Below the pieces are notes generated by a model. It had not been told where the DNA came from and ran no database searches. It saw nothing but the letters and a program-made list of their open reading frames with translations. Shown here in pieces: positions 21,174 to 36,100 of a stretch of 64,000 bases of DNA. Position 1 is the stretch's first letter. Each line of letters begins with the position of its first letter. Source of the DNA: Bugula neritina (taxonomy: Eukaryota; Animalia; Bryozoa); NCBI GenBank assembly GCA_964035545.1, contig OZ037768.1:3256741-3320740 (forward strand), in the 5' to 3' direction. The position numbers were made by a program, and so were the translations under genes.

Positions 21174-24100
21174 CTTGGGGTTACAATAGACTGTATATTG
21201 TATAATAATACACACTGATTCAACAGACAGCCACACTAAGAACAACTCATATCCTAACAAAAGTCCTATCCATTCAAGCCTAGCGGAACTAAGTCAACAT
21301 GGTAGAGGATTACACTAGCAAGTTGTGATACAACCAATAATAATAATATCCTTGTTAACTTGTTTCTGTTAGAGTTAATTCAGCACATATGACCAGAAAA
21401 AAAAACAGATGCAAACTCAACTAAATGAGCAGCTACAAACTGACTGGCATTCAAAAAACTTAAGCATGATACTTCAACTTTCAATTTAATATGAAATCAT
21501 CTCGACAGCACTTGTGAATGATGTATTATTTACCAGAATTTCTCGACCTCTAGAGAGTTTCAGTAAGACGGGTACTCTGTCAGTGCCAGACATCAAGTGG
21601 TGATAAGTGAATGTAATGGAACAGGTTTCTCCAGCTTGTAATTTCCCCTTTTTAGGACTCACTGAGAATAACTTGTTGTCCATGACTTTCATCTGTCAAA
21701 ATAGAAGAGACTTTTGCAGTTTCTATATAATTTGATATAGTAGCTGTTATAGGTGAAGCACTGCACTAATATACATACAACTATCTAATCATGCGTGTAT
21801 ATGTGGCCCAAAAATTCAAGTTATTGTACCACACTATCAACAGTTTCTTTCAAAGCTGGACAGTAAAAACTTAATTTTTCAGTCATGTGAAAAATAAATT
21901 ATTCAACTCAGGTTAAATTTCTTCATGACTGTGGGTAGGAAAACTCATTGCTGCAAAGAAATCAACAAAACAACTTTTTTCCTAAAAAATGGGATACTAT
22001 TTACAAGCTTGACTATACAAATGTATAGCCATTCATGGAACATGTAAATTTAACCAGAACTATCACGCCCTCTAGTGGCAAGATATGGTGTACCTCGTGC
22101 AGCTCATCTTCCGTGTACTCCCCACTCTCAGACCAGCATTCCAAGTCAATCTGTAAGTCACTTGGAAACAGGAACTCCCTGCAACACAAATATTTGTCTT
22201 TAAACTCGTATCCTTGGCACTATTCAGTCATACAGATACAAGTTAGTTGAGTAGAAAAGAAGGCCAAATCAACATCCAAACATGTTTAAATTAGCAGACA
22301 CGATGGACTTTCATTGCTCACCATTCGGATTCTACTGTGCCTGTGTTTTCAACATGAAGTGTCACATAACATGGCTCTGAATCTACAGGAGCTGCTCCAA
22401 AGTTACAGTCTAGTATAGCTCTAGTAAACACAGGGGGTCGTCTTCTCGTGCTAAGATATAGTAGAATAGCCATGACAGGTGGACATAACTCAATAAAAGC
22501 AACAGAGCTTTGCAGAATAATTAGTAAAATTGAAAAGTTTTTTTACATTTAGCCTGCCATTACACAGTGAGTAAACAGCCTACCTGTTTCTGGTCTGAAC
22601 AGAGTATTGGAGCTCCCTGTCAGATGGATCTGAGTCTAAGAACATATTGAGACTCTCCAGTTGAAAGAGGCTCCAGAGCTGCCTCTTACCGATACCAATA
22701 CCAGAGCCGTGAATACGAGCATCGGTGACCGCCATCAGTGGAAACACTCCACATGCAAACGCCTGAACGAAACCATTAGCAATAACATACTCATATACTT
22801 ACACACTTACTGCCATGTATGTACAATTCATAAGTATGAAATAGTTAAAACTAGTAAAAAATCTTTTTAGACGAAACAAATCGTGTATCGAAAAGCCAAT
22901 TAGAAAACTTTACTACTATATAGTAACTTTACTGTTTAGAACTGATTACAAGTGGCGGAAACGCCATCATAATTAGATAGGTGAATGTATACACCAGAAT
23001 TAATTACAATATTTGACTGAGACAAGTGATTGAAAACCAGAATACATTATCAGTTACTAGATGAGTGACTCACATTGATGAGGTGTTCGGGCGGAGACTC
23101 CTTGCAGGACAGCTCGGGGGTGAGCAAACTGTACTTTATCTCAAAGCTATACTGACATCTGAGAAGAGGTTTGATAACTCCTCGAATAGTCTTCTTAGAT
23201 CTGGCCGGAATATCTCCCGAGTAGCAGTCTAGAGTCAGTGCAACTAAAAACAGGAAAATATGATATAAATGAAGAGAAATCACCGAATTTGGTCAGCGAA
23301 CAACTAATATAAACACGGAAGAAAACTCTGGAATTATGTCACAAAGTAACAGACACAAATGAGTTTGCATTGATACAGATTCTGTAAGTTAACAGCTAGT
23401 TCACTGGACAAATAAAATGACATGTAGTTATATCTTTTCTTTAGAAAATAAAATTTGAAACTGGTTCTATAAAAAATTAGACATATGACAATATTTTAAA
23501 ATTTAAAACAATAAGAAACTCTAAAGAAAAGTAAAACAATTCTGTAGTGAAACTGGTTTTAGCTAGTTTAGTTACTAGACTGGTCTGGCATTGAGCCAAG
23601 TGCAAGTTCTACCATCCTACCATTAGCTGAGAGTGCTTGTGCAGCCGAACTTCCTTCTATTTTCTGAGTAACGCTGAGTTTGAACTTGATTTCACAGTCA
23701 CCATCATTACAGATGTTGAAGACTTGAGTACTTGAGCTACCAACTAGCACGTTACCAAACTCCACATATGCATCTTCTGCCTGCAAACAGTAAATATACT
23801 CGGTGTGACAAGTTTATGAGTTCTAGGAAATTATCTTTATAAACATAGGATTTTAAAACTATCTATACACAAAAACGGTATCCAATTAGCAAAATATATT
23901 CACCAACTACAAAAATGGTTTTATTAAATGTTAAAGACTAAATATCTCAAAAGCAGTCTAACATACTATCTCTGTAATGAAACTTGCTAATTGCTACCTT
24001 AACTTCAGCACTAGCTCCTTCTCCAATAGCTCTTACTGGAAACACACGAGGTTTACCAGCTGACTGCTGCTTGGTTTGTCCCTGAGCGGTCACAATCACT

Positions 24101-27100
24101 GTGGGTTTCATTACATACTTCTCCAAAGCCATGGGAGTGAATGAGAATACGTGTTCCTGTGAAGACGCACTTTTCGTTAACTTGAACATGAATTTATTAA
24201 ACTCAGATATTTTTATAATATATTTATAATTCATAATCTATTTACTATATACATGTATAGTAAATACCTGAAACTCATTAGGCAGTATTGTCCCAATGGC
24301 AGGCTCCACTTTTATCAGCCCCTGGTCCTGATTTTTAATGAGCCACCTGAAGTCCAGTGGCACACGGGAAATATTCTTGATCTGGTAGGATTGCGAGGTG
24401 GTGGTGCCAACACACGTCTCTCTGAAGAATATTTCTCCATTATTTGACAGCAAAACTTCGGCTGTCTCGGCTGTGCAGGTAACTGGTATAACCTACAAAA
24501 ATAAGACAACTCCTGCTAAATAAGACAGTTGGGGGGGTTTACATGCATTATTGAGGCGTAATCAATTTACAAAACTATAAAGAACTTTAAAGCAATAGAA
24601 ATCAGCCAAGTTGTGAAATACATTTTATTAAACATCTACATTGCATGTACAGAAATATTCCAAATCAATAGTAGACATTAGAGTGACTGTAAGATTTCAT
24701 AGTTGTTAACCATAAGTTCAAAATAAACATGAGAAATTCAAACCTGAGTAAAACTGTCTTCATGGTTCATGCATAGTGTCAATTGTTCTCTATAGGCTTT
24801 GGTCTTAGTTGGTAAAGCTTTGACTAATAGTGTTTCATGTTTAGATTTAATCATTCCCTTTTTTGGTTTCACTGAGAAAGTTCTACAAAATAACATACAT
24901 ATATGTGAAATTTAGAGAGTTTATAAAATGCTACACAAACTTTACAACACCCACATCAATAGAGTTACTCAGCAGTTTAATTCTTGAAATAGGAATTTGA
25001 TCTGAATGAACTACCATGTTAGTGAAAATTTAATGAATGAGCACACAACTCCAAAATATACAAAATGAAGATAATTTGTGGGGATGCAACTCCCAAACCA
25101 GGCTTATATTGCCTATTTTGTATTATGACAATTTTCAACTGTCGCCTACTCTTTCAAATAAACTCTTAAAAGTATAGATTGTTATAATAGACTCTTAAAT
25201 CTTACTCCATGTCCGGAAAGTCATAAATAATGGGGGTGGTTCCTTGGTTAATAATTGTGAGAGTTCTGTAAGACGCCTCATCCTGATTGGTGGCTGGGAA
25301 GACAAGGTGAGGTGAGCTGAGGCTAATCTGAGGCAAAAAAGGCTGCTGTTGAGACTGGAATGTACTTGCTAGAGCAGTGAGCGTCACACAAAATGGTGGA
25401 CAGTGAGTCAGACTCTCCACTAGTCGGTAGTCCCTAGTACTTTTGTAGTAACAGTAGCACTCCAACTCTGAGCTGTACAAGTTATTAGCACTCGCCTACA
25501 AGTAGTAGCAGTACCTTGAGTGACCTTGAACTGTACTGAGCAATAATCATGTATTGTAAAGTATGATGATTGTGAATACAGTATAGCAATCAGCTCTCTA
25601 AATTTTAAGACACCTTCCAAGATCAGCAACATATATTTCTGCTGTATCCATATCCAGAATTATTTGAATAAAACTTAAGTTGGAACTTTTAAATAATTAA
25701 AGTAGTAACCAAAAATGTTCTTCGATTATTTATTTTTAATGAAATTACTGCCACGTAAGAATATATCATAACAAATTTAATATTATTTACTACACCAACA
25801 TTTTTCAATATATACTCTAATAACCTGCAGTTAAAAACTGGCTAAAGAATAGGGACTACTATGGTCTTTAACTTTACACAACCCTTTATCAATACAGCCT
25901 GACCAATATCAATATAACCTGGCCCATATCAATATAACCTGGCCCATATCAATATAACCTGGCCCATATCAATATAACCTGGCCCATATCAACACAGCCT
26001 GCCCCATATCAATATAACCTGGCCCATATCAATATAACCTGGCCCATATCAATATAACCTGGCCCATATCAATACAGCCTGGCCCATATCAATATAACCT
26101 GGCCAATATCAATACAGCCTGGCCCATATCAATATAACCTGGCCCATATCAATATAACCTGGGCCATATCAATACAACCTGACCCATATCAATACAGTAC
26201 CACCCCAGTTAAAGTTACACTAACATTATATTTGCTTACAGGTTTGAAATGGACCCTAAAGTCTACAGTTTTCAACGGAGGTATCTCAGCACTGCTGGGT
26301 GTAACGGAGAAGGTGTGAGTGTCATCTCCCATCCACTGCACCATCATCTTTCCTTTAGTGTTGTTGGTCAGTCTCACCAACTGGGGTTCAATGTTGTTCA
26401 TATCTGTGCAGCGTCCAAAGTCAGCGTGTATGGCATCAAGAGAAACGTGTGGTTCACAGTGCTGTAAGACAGCAAGTAAAGTGATTCACGTTTCCTTAAA
26501 ATTATATAATAATGAGAATGAACCAGGGTTTGCATGCTTGTAAGTATGAGACAAAAGCTTTATTCAATTCTTCACCTTACACCTTACAAAACTGCTAACT
26601 TCAATTGGTAGGCATTTTATCCACGTGTATCTACAGCCTGATTTGAGTAACGAACTTAAACGCTTACCGGAATAGAAGAAAAATTTATTCCGAATTGACT
26701 TACCACAATGTCGCTGTGGTAGCCATCATTAAAGTATAAATCCATGGCCGGTACTTCCTCAATGGGATTCAGCCACGGCTCTATGCTCTCCGCCTGTATG
26801 CAATGAATTGTGGGTAAACAAGAAATAGCTTATTTTAATTGTATAGTCAACTGGTCTAATCAACAGAACACTAGTTTCTTCTATTGCTGTGCTGGTGAGA
26901 AGATAAATCCCGGAAGTAGCAGCTGTCCACATATTAAGTTATGATGCTCTCACACTATACTCAACAATGACTATGCTGTGATTGAACACCTTCACCATGG
27001 CCTTGAATTCAAGCTACTATCAATATGCACGGCCTGCAACTCATAGAGTTCCTTGAGCACATTTTTAAACATACTTTAGAACAGGTTTTTCTAAAGCAAC

Positions 27101-30100
27101 CGTTTTGTGTTGTTTCAATGAGGAGACAAATCCCAAAACCAGCTGTTGTTCACAGATTGACTTATATATATTATATGAAACAGCAGAAACACTCCAGGTG
27201 GCAGTTATGTTGCTAGACTGAACACTGTACAGACTACAATTCCATGACAAATGCCACAACACTGTATACGTAGTTGAGACAAAATCTAGCACAATACTAC
27301 TCATTTATCTACAGCAAAAGTCACAACCATCTAGCACATGGTGTCAGCCTATGCCTGACAAGCTACAAGTGTCACGCTTATATCAATGTCAGCTTAATCT
27401 ATATGCCACAATCACCTAGCTTACATGTCAGTACCTGCTGACTACAGAGATCATATTCAAGGTTGTGATCACAATATCTGGCACATAGAGTACCAGATAA
27501 CGCAACGTCATGAATTAGTAGAGTGGGCTAAAAATAGGTGCAACATTTTTGTGGAGTGAACACAAGTGCCTCTTTTATATAACAAAAGCACATTATAAAT
27601 GTTTCTTAGTATGACTCAACATAAACTGAAAACAAACCCGCAAACCCATTCTTAGATGTAAAGTCAACACTTTAAGTATTAAAATAGAAGACACATGTAA
27701 GATAGTAAAAATATCTCACGAATTCACAGAAAGTAAATATCTTACCAATACATTCATAAGCATGTTATTAGCGTCAAGTTCTAATTTTCCAGTAGCTAGC
27801 ATTTCATTGAGTTGTTCAGGAGGGAATACCGACAGCCCCCTCTCGGCATGCACTCTAAACTGGGCTAGGTGCTTAGGCTCAAGTACTGCTGGCTTTACAG
27901 TCTCACTATGGGCCGTTGCTAGTAGTTCCAGGAATATGGGTGGCTGCATACAACATAAGGAAGTAGTATTGACACTGAAACCAACTCTAGTTCCACAAAA
28001 CTATATCTCAAATAGTCGAATACTAAACTGAACAGCAAATTATTGTAATGACTGAAATATTTCTATAGTCATACTTGATTCTCTACGACGCAAGACACTT
28101 TTCTGTAGTAGTTGATTGGGTGTTGAGGAGCGAAAATCACAACGACCTTCTTTGTTTGGCCAGGTGCCAAATCTCCGGAAGTTTCATCAAATTTGAAGGC
28201 ACTTTCTCCGCAGTCTATCATAAACTGATAACGAGCATGTGCTGGGCTGTCGTTAGTGAGGTGAACAACGCGTGTAACACGGGCGTCCACGTTGGTCAAC
28301 GAAAAGTTCAACAAATTGACTGATAGTTTCACATCTGGGCCTACACAAAGGTTCAAAAAATTAGATATAATAGAGCAAGTGACAAATCCTTATTAGCTTT
28401 TAGTAAAACTGATTAGAATCATTGCTAGTAGTACTTTTGGTTGTAAAAATATAACTCAAGACACGATCCAAGACCACTTGTCACCTTCTGAACAATGTTA
28501 TTTGTTATACAAGGAAGTGAAAAGGAAAGTAAAGGTGCTCGTACCTACGCAGTGCCCAGAGCAAGTGATGATCATTTTGCCAACATCACTCAGTGAGTTT
28601 ATGTAGATGTGGTCTAAACTTGAGGTATTCACATTGGATGGTGTGTACCTCACCTATAATATACATAGAAACTAAGGGAATATATACATAGAAAATATTA
28701 AAATATACATTTGAATTACTTAGGTAGAAAAGTGATGAATGCAAAAAATATTATTGAGACACCTTCAAACCAAAAATATTAGAAATAAAGAATTTTTCTC
28801 CACTCAAAGCCTCTCATCTGAACAATATAATCAATTTAAAAGATTGACACTTGAAATCAGCCCAAAAAGATTTTCCTCAACTAAGAAAAGGAAAAGATAG
28901 ATTCTACTAAATTAACTGTTCAAACACAGTCACTTCTAAGAGTAGTATTTCTGATCACTTTCAGGGCTCAACTTCAGTCTGAGATGAGATATGAACAAAA
29001 CAAGAAAATATTATGCCTGAAAATCACCAATTGTTGGCCCTGAAACTTTATTATTTAGCATAATATTGGTGATATTCTCTGTTAGAGTTAATTTGTGAGA
29101 ACAAATACAGCAAAAGATAGTTTTAAAAACACACTACTATCTATTAGAAAAGCAGAGCAAGAAGTGAACTAGAAAAGAATAAACAATATGACAGCTACAA
29201 TAAGCTACAAGGTATAAGCTATAATAATATAAAAAAGCTAACTGAGAGAAGGCTGATTACAGTCACAAACAAAAACATAGAAAGTAGCTGAGAGACATTT
29301 TCAACAAGACTCAAGTTAAACTGGTAAGTGAGTGTATGCTATAGCACCATACCTACTAGATATACTGTGTGTGCTAAAGACTATGCTAATGTAACTCAAG
29401 TAGTAACAACACCCACTAGAAGAAGAGTCTACAAACATTAGTTAGCTAGTGATACAGACCTGCACCCTCACAAAGTCCATGGGAGGTACAATAATTCTAG
29501 TGACAGCACATGAGAACACATGGTCTATTGCAGAGAGGCTCGTCTGATGCTCCACTGTACACTTGGCTTCAACCTACAAGAAACTCGGGCTACAATATGG
29601 CTGGCAACAGAAAGCAGCATAGCTTAATTATATAATGCTTTAGACTATATTACTTGTGTACACATACTTGCTGGTATAATAAATTACCTGTCCCAAGTTG
29701 TAAACATCTATACTCTTTACTCCACTAGTGCCAATTGGAGTTGAGCCAAAACTTAGTTTAGTCTCAGTCTGTTTGTTTGCTGAATTGCTAGCAGGTGCAA
29801 CTAGCAACTGTGGATATTTACCTGCAGCATAAATATATGCTATGAAATCTACATAAGACTGCAGGCAAATTGTAACTTTTTTAGTTTATATGATTTTATT
29901 TACTATATGAAATGGCTACTTGCTATTAAAGCATTGCCTATTTTACATAGAATCTTCAACATATATAGATATTCATCAGAAATAAAAATATATTTGTAAA
30001 AAAGACTAAGTCATAACTAGAAATGAATCATGGCAAAGTTTATTTTAAAAGAGCAGTAAAGTTAAATTTTCCTAGGAAACCATGTGAGCATTATAGAAAA

Positions 30101-31363
30101 AGGCAGAATTAAAAGTGAATAACCATGAATAACCACATCTCTTTTGTTTTTCATGAAATATATTGACTGGATTAGCCTAGCTAACTTACCAGTTCCATGG
30201 AACACAGTAGTAGATATGCTATCAAAGTTTGTACCATGAAGACACTTGGCATGGCATTCATACACCAGTGCAGCCTACAAAACACAATATAAAAAATATA
30301 TTATTTTTGTTTATATATTTTCAATAAGCCATTGTCAATGTTTAATACAAATACTATGGATATAAAAAATGTTGCTAGCTTGAATTAGAATACATACTGA
30401 AGGCCTGAAATATACAGTCATCTTGGCGCTGGAATGAGGTTGCAATGTACCAGTGGCAGGTTCTACAGTAAAAGGTTCTTGGACGTCCCATTGGAAAGGT
30501 GTAACTAACTCACTAAACAATACAGAATAAACATGTTTCAGAATATATAATAACAGTGCATTGTCTTACAGCTAAATATATGTGTATAAGCATTGGATGG
30601 TTCAGTTTAAAACATAGAACTAGATTACCTCTTGTTTTGTATAGTAAAACTCATTTGTGTCTCATCCTTGACAGCACACGTCTGCATAACCAACTGATCT
30701 GGGGTGGCAATATTGAACACTGGAAGAATAGCCTTGATGGGTATTGAAAACTGTCCCTCCTAATCAATACCATAAGGAATAAATCTCACTTCACGGCAGT
30801 GCATGCAGCCAAATGTGTTTTAACATATGAGGTACAGGAACATTATCAAGATAAAGAAAATATTCAATGTAAAGGTTGCATTAAGTTTCCATCTTTTCCA
30901 TTTTACAAACAGGTGAATAAGAAGTCACAAACCTTAGAGGCAAAATAAATATGGTCTTCATATATATTTTTTTCAAGTGGTCTAAAGGTGACAGGAAGGA
31001 CATAGGATGTACCGGCACTTAGAGTTATCTGCTTTGGGTACAAAGTCGAAAAGAATCTTGAAGATGGAGAGCTACAACATTACTATTACATTGAGTATCT
31101 GACATTGAATTGAATTGCAAGTCAATTAAACAAACTGCGGCTATAAAACTCACAGCTTCTATTTCAAATGTAAATTTGTATATCATATTTATTGCTTGAT
31201 TTTCTTACTTGTAGGTGAGCTTTTGGGTTTTCACCATTACATTTTTCAACACTATGTTTTTAGTGTACTCTTTTCCTGGTTCCCAACCTTGATAGGTAAC
31301 AGCAGGAATAGTCTCAATACCATTATGGTTAACTTTAGATGTTGGGACTTCAACACACGGCAT
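16290..31363 (-). CDS. CFAP65: Cilia- and flagella-associated protein 65 (CCDC108), about 30+ exons with repeated Ig-like ASH/MSP domains
   Basis: Exons translate to CFAP65-like sequence from N-terminus ([22 protein letters not shown]; [24 protein letters not shown]) through the middle ([15 protein letters not shown]; [16 protein letters not shown]; [11 protein letters not shown]; [13 protein letters not shown]) to the C-terminus ([35 protein letters not shown] at 16290). All checked junctions are GT-AG. The ATG at 31363 is tentative. Confidence 0.93.
19170..19272. repeat. About 22-bp degenerate minisatellite (ACAACACAAAACCCACCTTGTC), about 4-5 copies
   Basis: Visible tandem units immediately after a CFAP65 splice donor. 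Confidence 0.8.
21082..21171. repeat. (GA)n microsatellite
   Basis: Directly visible in a CFAP65 intron. Confidence 0.98.
25886..26197. repeat. 20-bp minisatellite (GGCCCATATCAATATAACCT), about 15 copies
   Basis: Directly visible tandem array in a CFAP65 intron. Confidence 0.95.
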
Positions 31364-31499
31364 TGTCCGAATGATTCCAAATCTAAGGCATAAAATTAGC
31401 ATTGACATTCCACTATTACAAGCACATTGCATTAAACAAAACAAATAATAAAATACAATTTAAGATTAATTAGATTACAAAAGATAGCGTATTTAAATT

Positions 31500-31830
31500 T
31501 TAGTTTATCGTCATAATTATTGTTATTTACTATTACTATATGAATATCATTAAAATAAGCATATCCATAATGATAATGAATAATCTTAACTAGATTTACT
31601 ATTAATTATTCAATAACTGTTAGAATTAATATTACCGCAAAAGCAAGTCCAACAAGCGGTTTGTTTCACTTACTGTTGCCACTTGTTAGTGTGGGTGTCT
31701 GTTGTTGTAACACTAACTGTTAGTATTACTGCTTTTAGTTTAAGTTTTATACTTTAACGTAGGTTTAACTTTAAGTTTGAAGTAGTTTATAGTGCAAGTG
31801 TTAGAATCTGAATGAGAAAGTATAGCTAAT
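31500..31830. repeat. Promoter-proximal drifting hexamer tract (CFAP65 5' region)
   Basis: TGTAAC ACTAAC TGTTAG TATTAC ... TAACTT TAAGTT TGAAGT. Confidence 0.65.
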
Positions 31831-31899
31831 TAGTTATTTAAACATGTATTTGATTAAAATTTATTTAAAAAATCAACTTAAAACTACTTTTTTGTACTA

Positions 31900-32220
31900 C
31901 ATAAGAGCCTACTAATGGCATTTTTATTTTATGGTTTATCGCAGCCTAAAAATACATAGGCAACCATGATCGACAATAAAATGGCCGCTGTTGTTAAGGA
32001 AATGAAATCTAAATAAAAATAGTTTTTATACAGACACAATTTTTTTTGCAAAATGTTTTTGATTTTGTTAAATTTTTTAATTTTTATTTTAATTTTATTA
32101 TTTTTAATGCAACCATATTGTTAATTCTTTACTGTTGATATGTTTTGAAGAGTAATATATGACGTTTATTTTGGGAGTTTTTCATCATTCTGTACAACAA
32201 CGGAAAGCGCGTGAAGAATC
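31900..32220. promoter_or_regulatory. Putative bidirectional promoter CFAP65/NAGS with a YY1-like site and RFX X-box-like sites
   Basis: AAAATGGCCG at about 31978, GTTGTTAAGGAAAT at 31990-32003 (close to the X-box palindrome) and a TAGGCAAC half-site at about 31957. Head-to-head gene arrangement; RFX regulation of ciliary genes is established. Confidence 0.45.
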
Positions 32221-32930
32221 AGAATGAATGAATATCAATTACTATATCAACATGAATATAGATTATCATTATTCGACATCAATCTAAGCTGACTATATTT
32301 ATTATGTTATTAGTAATAATAATAATAATGGTAATATAATAACTATAATAATAATTTTAGTATTTATAATATAATAATTATGTTTATAATAAATAAGTAG
32401 TATTAGTATTAGTATTAGTATTACTATTAGTATTAGTATTAGTATTACTATTAGTATTAGTATAAGTATTAGTATTACTATTAGTATTAGTATTAGTATA
32501 ACTATAAGTATTAGTATAAGTATTACTATTACTATTAGTAATACTATTAGTATTACTATGTCTATTAGTATTAGTAAAGTATTAGTATTAATATTATAAT
32601 AATTATAATACTAATACTAATAGTAATAGTATTAGTATCACTATTACTATTACTCAGTATTAGTTACACTAATACTTAATCTTACAGATGCTGATAGTGA
32701 TACTGGTACTTATAGTTATTAAATATACTTATAGTATTGATTATTGCCATTAGAATTATTAATACTAATTGTAATACTAATAATATTAATACTTGTGCTA
32801 GTTGTTATTCATATTGCCTGTGTCATGTATTTGTATTATGGCGAAAATTGGTAGTGATGAAGGCAGGATTGCCAAATTCAACACCACATTATGATTAATA
32901 TTATTAATATTAGTTATCAATTAGAAAAGG
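32220..32930. repeat. Promoter-proximal (TATTAG/TATTAC)n-centred drifting hexamer tract (NAGS 5' intron)
   Basis: Long run of TATTAG/TATTAC/TATAAG units at 32395-32660 grading into degenerate flanks. Confidence 0.85.
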
Positions 32931-33183
32931 TGTTGATCAATCACAAAACAACATATTTAAATTGAAATCCTGAAAAACTTAAATTCAATTGTAACACTGA
33001 TTGTAATATAGCTATATCATGAAAAATACAACCAAATAAAGTTCGAGTCTATATATTACTTTTGATGTTATTCTGTCATATAAGCTTATTCACAGTTGTG
33101 TACAAAATACTTACATAAGTTGGTTATTATTGATATTCTGTCTTTTCAGCAGCTATGACCTAGATATTTTGTCAAGTGCAATA

Positions 33184-36100
33184 ATGAATTCCAAGTCATC
33201 TCAATATGCCTTCCGATTGCTCAACAAATGTTTGTGGAAGGGTGGTGCTGAAGATATGTACAAGTCATCATTACGAAAAGCCGGGAGCATTCCATTGCTG
33301 AACCGTAAAAAGCCCAGCTCTTCTTACAGCACTAGGCCAAACTTCTCTCAGTTAGTTGTACCACCATAACTATCATTTTGTTTATTTGGTCTACTTTGCC
33401 GGTTTATTAACAGTTGTCTATTTTTATTTTGTATACTGAAATAAATTATTATGAATTCTGCTTCATACAGTGTCACACTTGCCATGTTATTTTAGGAAGA
33501 CCCTTTCATCTAATCCCATGTTGAATGGAGTGTCAATGTTGCAGTGGTTTTTTGATGAGGTGCGTTTATCTATGGGTGTATCTGTATTTGTCTACAATTA
33601 TATTTTCTTTAATTAATAATCTGTAAAATAAGTTTTTCTATTTTAAAATTGTTTCTAAATGGGATAGTATTTCTTAATATATTTAGTTTGCATGATTTTT
33701 AATTTCCTTTAAATTAATTTCAAATGTTAGGCATTATATTTTAATCATTATGGTATAAATGAGGTCCCAGAAAACTGCCAATTATAAACTAAAACAATTA
33801 TTTGTTCGTAGTCATTTCGGAGCTGTTTTACTTGTACAAACAAATTTGGGTAAAACAGCTAAGAGGTTTTCATTAAGTTATGTTATAAACTTTAATTAGA
33901 CTATGAATTAAACACAATGTCTCTTCACACTGTTGGTATCATCTTCAAAGGTGCGACCAGATCAAAGAGAAGTACGATACTGGATGAAATATTTCCACCA
34001 GACGACGGATCCTAACCGAATATTTGCCGTCATACAAATCAGCAAAGATGTTTTCGCACAAGAAGAGCTTGACCTGGTTAGTTGGCTTGTGCGTTGGTCT
34101 GATTTTGTGTTGAATTTGGTAAAAGTGAAAAGCTGTACAAACATTAGTGTGAAACTGTATAAGAGTATTGTTGTGCTTTGATGTATGTGGTATCACATTG
34201 CATAATGAACTGCATTGCAATATTCCAAGGTGGAGAAGGAGAATGGTAAACTAAAAAGAACTATTTTAGAGACGCTTTCACTCAGCATGTACTTCTTACA
34301 ACAGAACAGGATGAAAGTAGTGCTGCTAGTAGGGGCTGACGGAGGCTGTGCAGAATCTGACACTACATTCAAGGTACTCTTGTTGAACTTTTAACACAAA
34401 GCTAACAGCAGGTTGGCATCTTAGAACATAAGATATTGACTCCTCTATCTTTTAGGGTTATAGAGCATAGGTTTAGATGTATATTACTCTATTTTGTAGA
34501 TATTATATGGATATTTATATAACTCTTCCCTTACTAGAGAATTGTTTTCTGATACTTTTGCTCAGCATGTAATGCTACATCCAAAGCCTGTTTTAAATCA
34601 ATGACAAATCATATATTTTTAGATTATGCTGAAATTCCAAAAAATAATTTAGTGAAGATTTCATTTAAAATTTTCAAGTTGACATTATATAGGTTGTTGT
34701 TTACAGTTTTTATTATCATGTCTTCATATTCAATACAATACGTGTAATCTTTAGCTCAGAGTCGTAAAAAGGCTTATAATAGAACATGTATGCCACTCAG
34801 TTGTCTGTCATTTGTCTGGTATTATAATCAATCACCTGCTGTTGTCTAGATATAGTATGCCGGTGTGTGAGATATTTATTATTAATATGTTTAAATACAG
34901 ACTTCAGTCTTGCATTCATGCAAAACATCAATTAGTAAGAGCATGGCTAATGACAAGATTTATATTTACTGTAATTCTTAGCCAGTGTGGGAACATCGTT
35001 ATACTTTAACCGGTCATAGTCCAGGAAAGATGTCATACTTGAATAGGTTAAATAGATAGTTGAATTTAGAATCGGATGAAGTTATATCCATGGCCATGTT
35101 ATGCTAAATTTTATTGTGTTGAACATTAAATAAAATATGGGTTCTTTGAGATTAAAGCATTTGGTTTGTTTTAATTGCTAGTTTATTATCATCTTGTGAT
35201 ATGATGTGACAATCATTTCAATGTTCTTTGAGACTGAAGGTAGTTTGCAGAGGTGCCTCACAATACAAGGCTGACTGCACATAGACAAATCAGACATAGA
35301 ATCAACTTAACAGCACTAAACTGCTCCTCTATTTTGTAGGAAGATAGAAAGTTGATATATAAACACATAAAGACAGTTGTTGACAGGTTAGATGATAGCG
35401 GCACTCGGTCAACTCCTGTTTTCGATGGTGGAAACATTTTCAACACAGATAGAGATTTCAGGTAAGTGAAAGTTTTTCTTAGCTGTAAATATAAATAGGA
35501 TGTAACTGGAACTATTTTAAATGTAAATGATTGACGGCCATTTTATGTGTGCGGTTTTAATTGATTTATAACTGTGTGGTATTTATCATTTTTGTTGAAG
35601 GATATTGATAAGATATATTTAGTTTGTTGCCATTACAGTTCACATTCTCGGTTAGTTGTCCACCAATATGTACAAATGTTTTTTACCCTTGACATTTGCA
35701 GGATTCAATCTCTAAACACAGAGAATCTAGACTGGCTTATGTCCCATGATAACGTTCCAGTCATAGGCTGTATCGGGGAGAATCCAGAAGGGAGGTTGGG
35801 TTTAGTGCAAGCTGATGATGGAACACACACATTGTCCACTTACACTCAGCCTCTAAAAGTATTGCTACTCAACGCTGGTGGTGGCATCTCGGATTCTTCC
35901 GGAGAAGTGAGTGAAATGCTAGTTAACTGTTTCATCAACTGAATGAAATGAAAACTTAACTATTTGCTGATCAGATTCTTGAGATATTGATGCGGAATGT
36001 ATGATGGAATAGCTCAGGATAGCCTTATTGATATTGTCAGGCTGTTTATGAATAAGATTATTAATACATTTGAGTCAAATAGTGAAGGTGGAGCTATTGC

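Noticed and set aside
25886-26197. Regular 20-bp repeats resembling a CRISPR array (also the 32-bp array at 50794-51137)
   Set aside because: Head-to-tail units with no unique spacers, in eukaryotic introns, with no cas genes; these are ordinary minisatellites.
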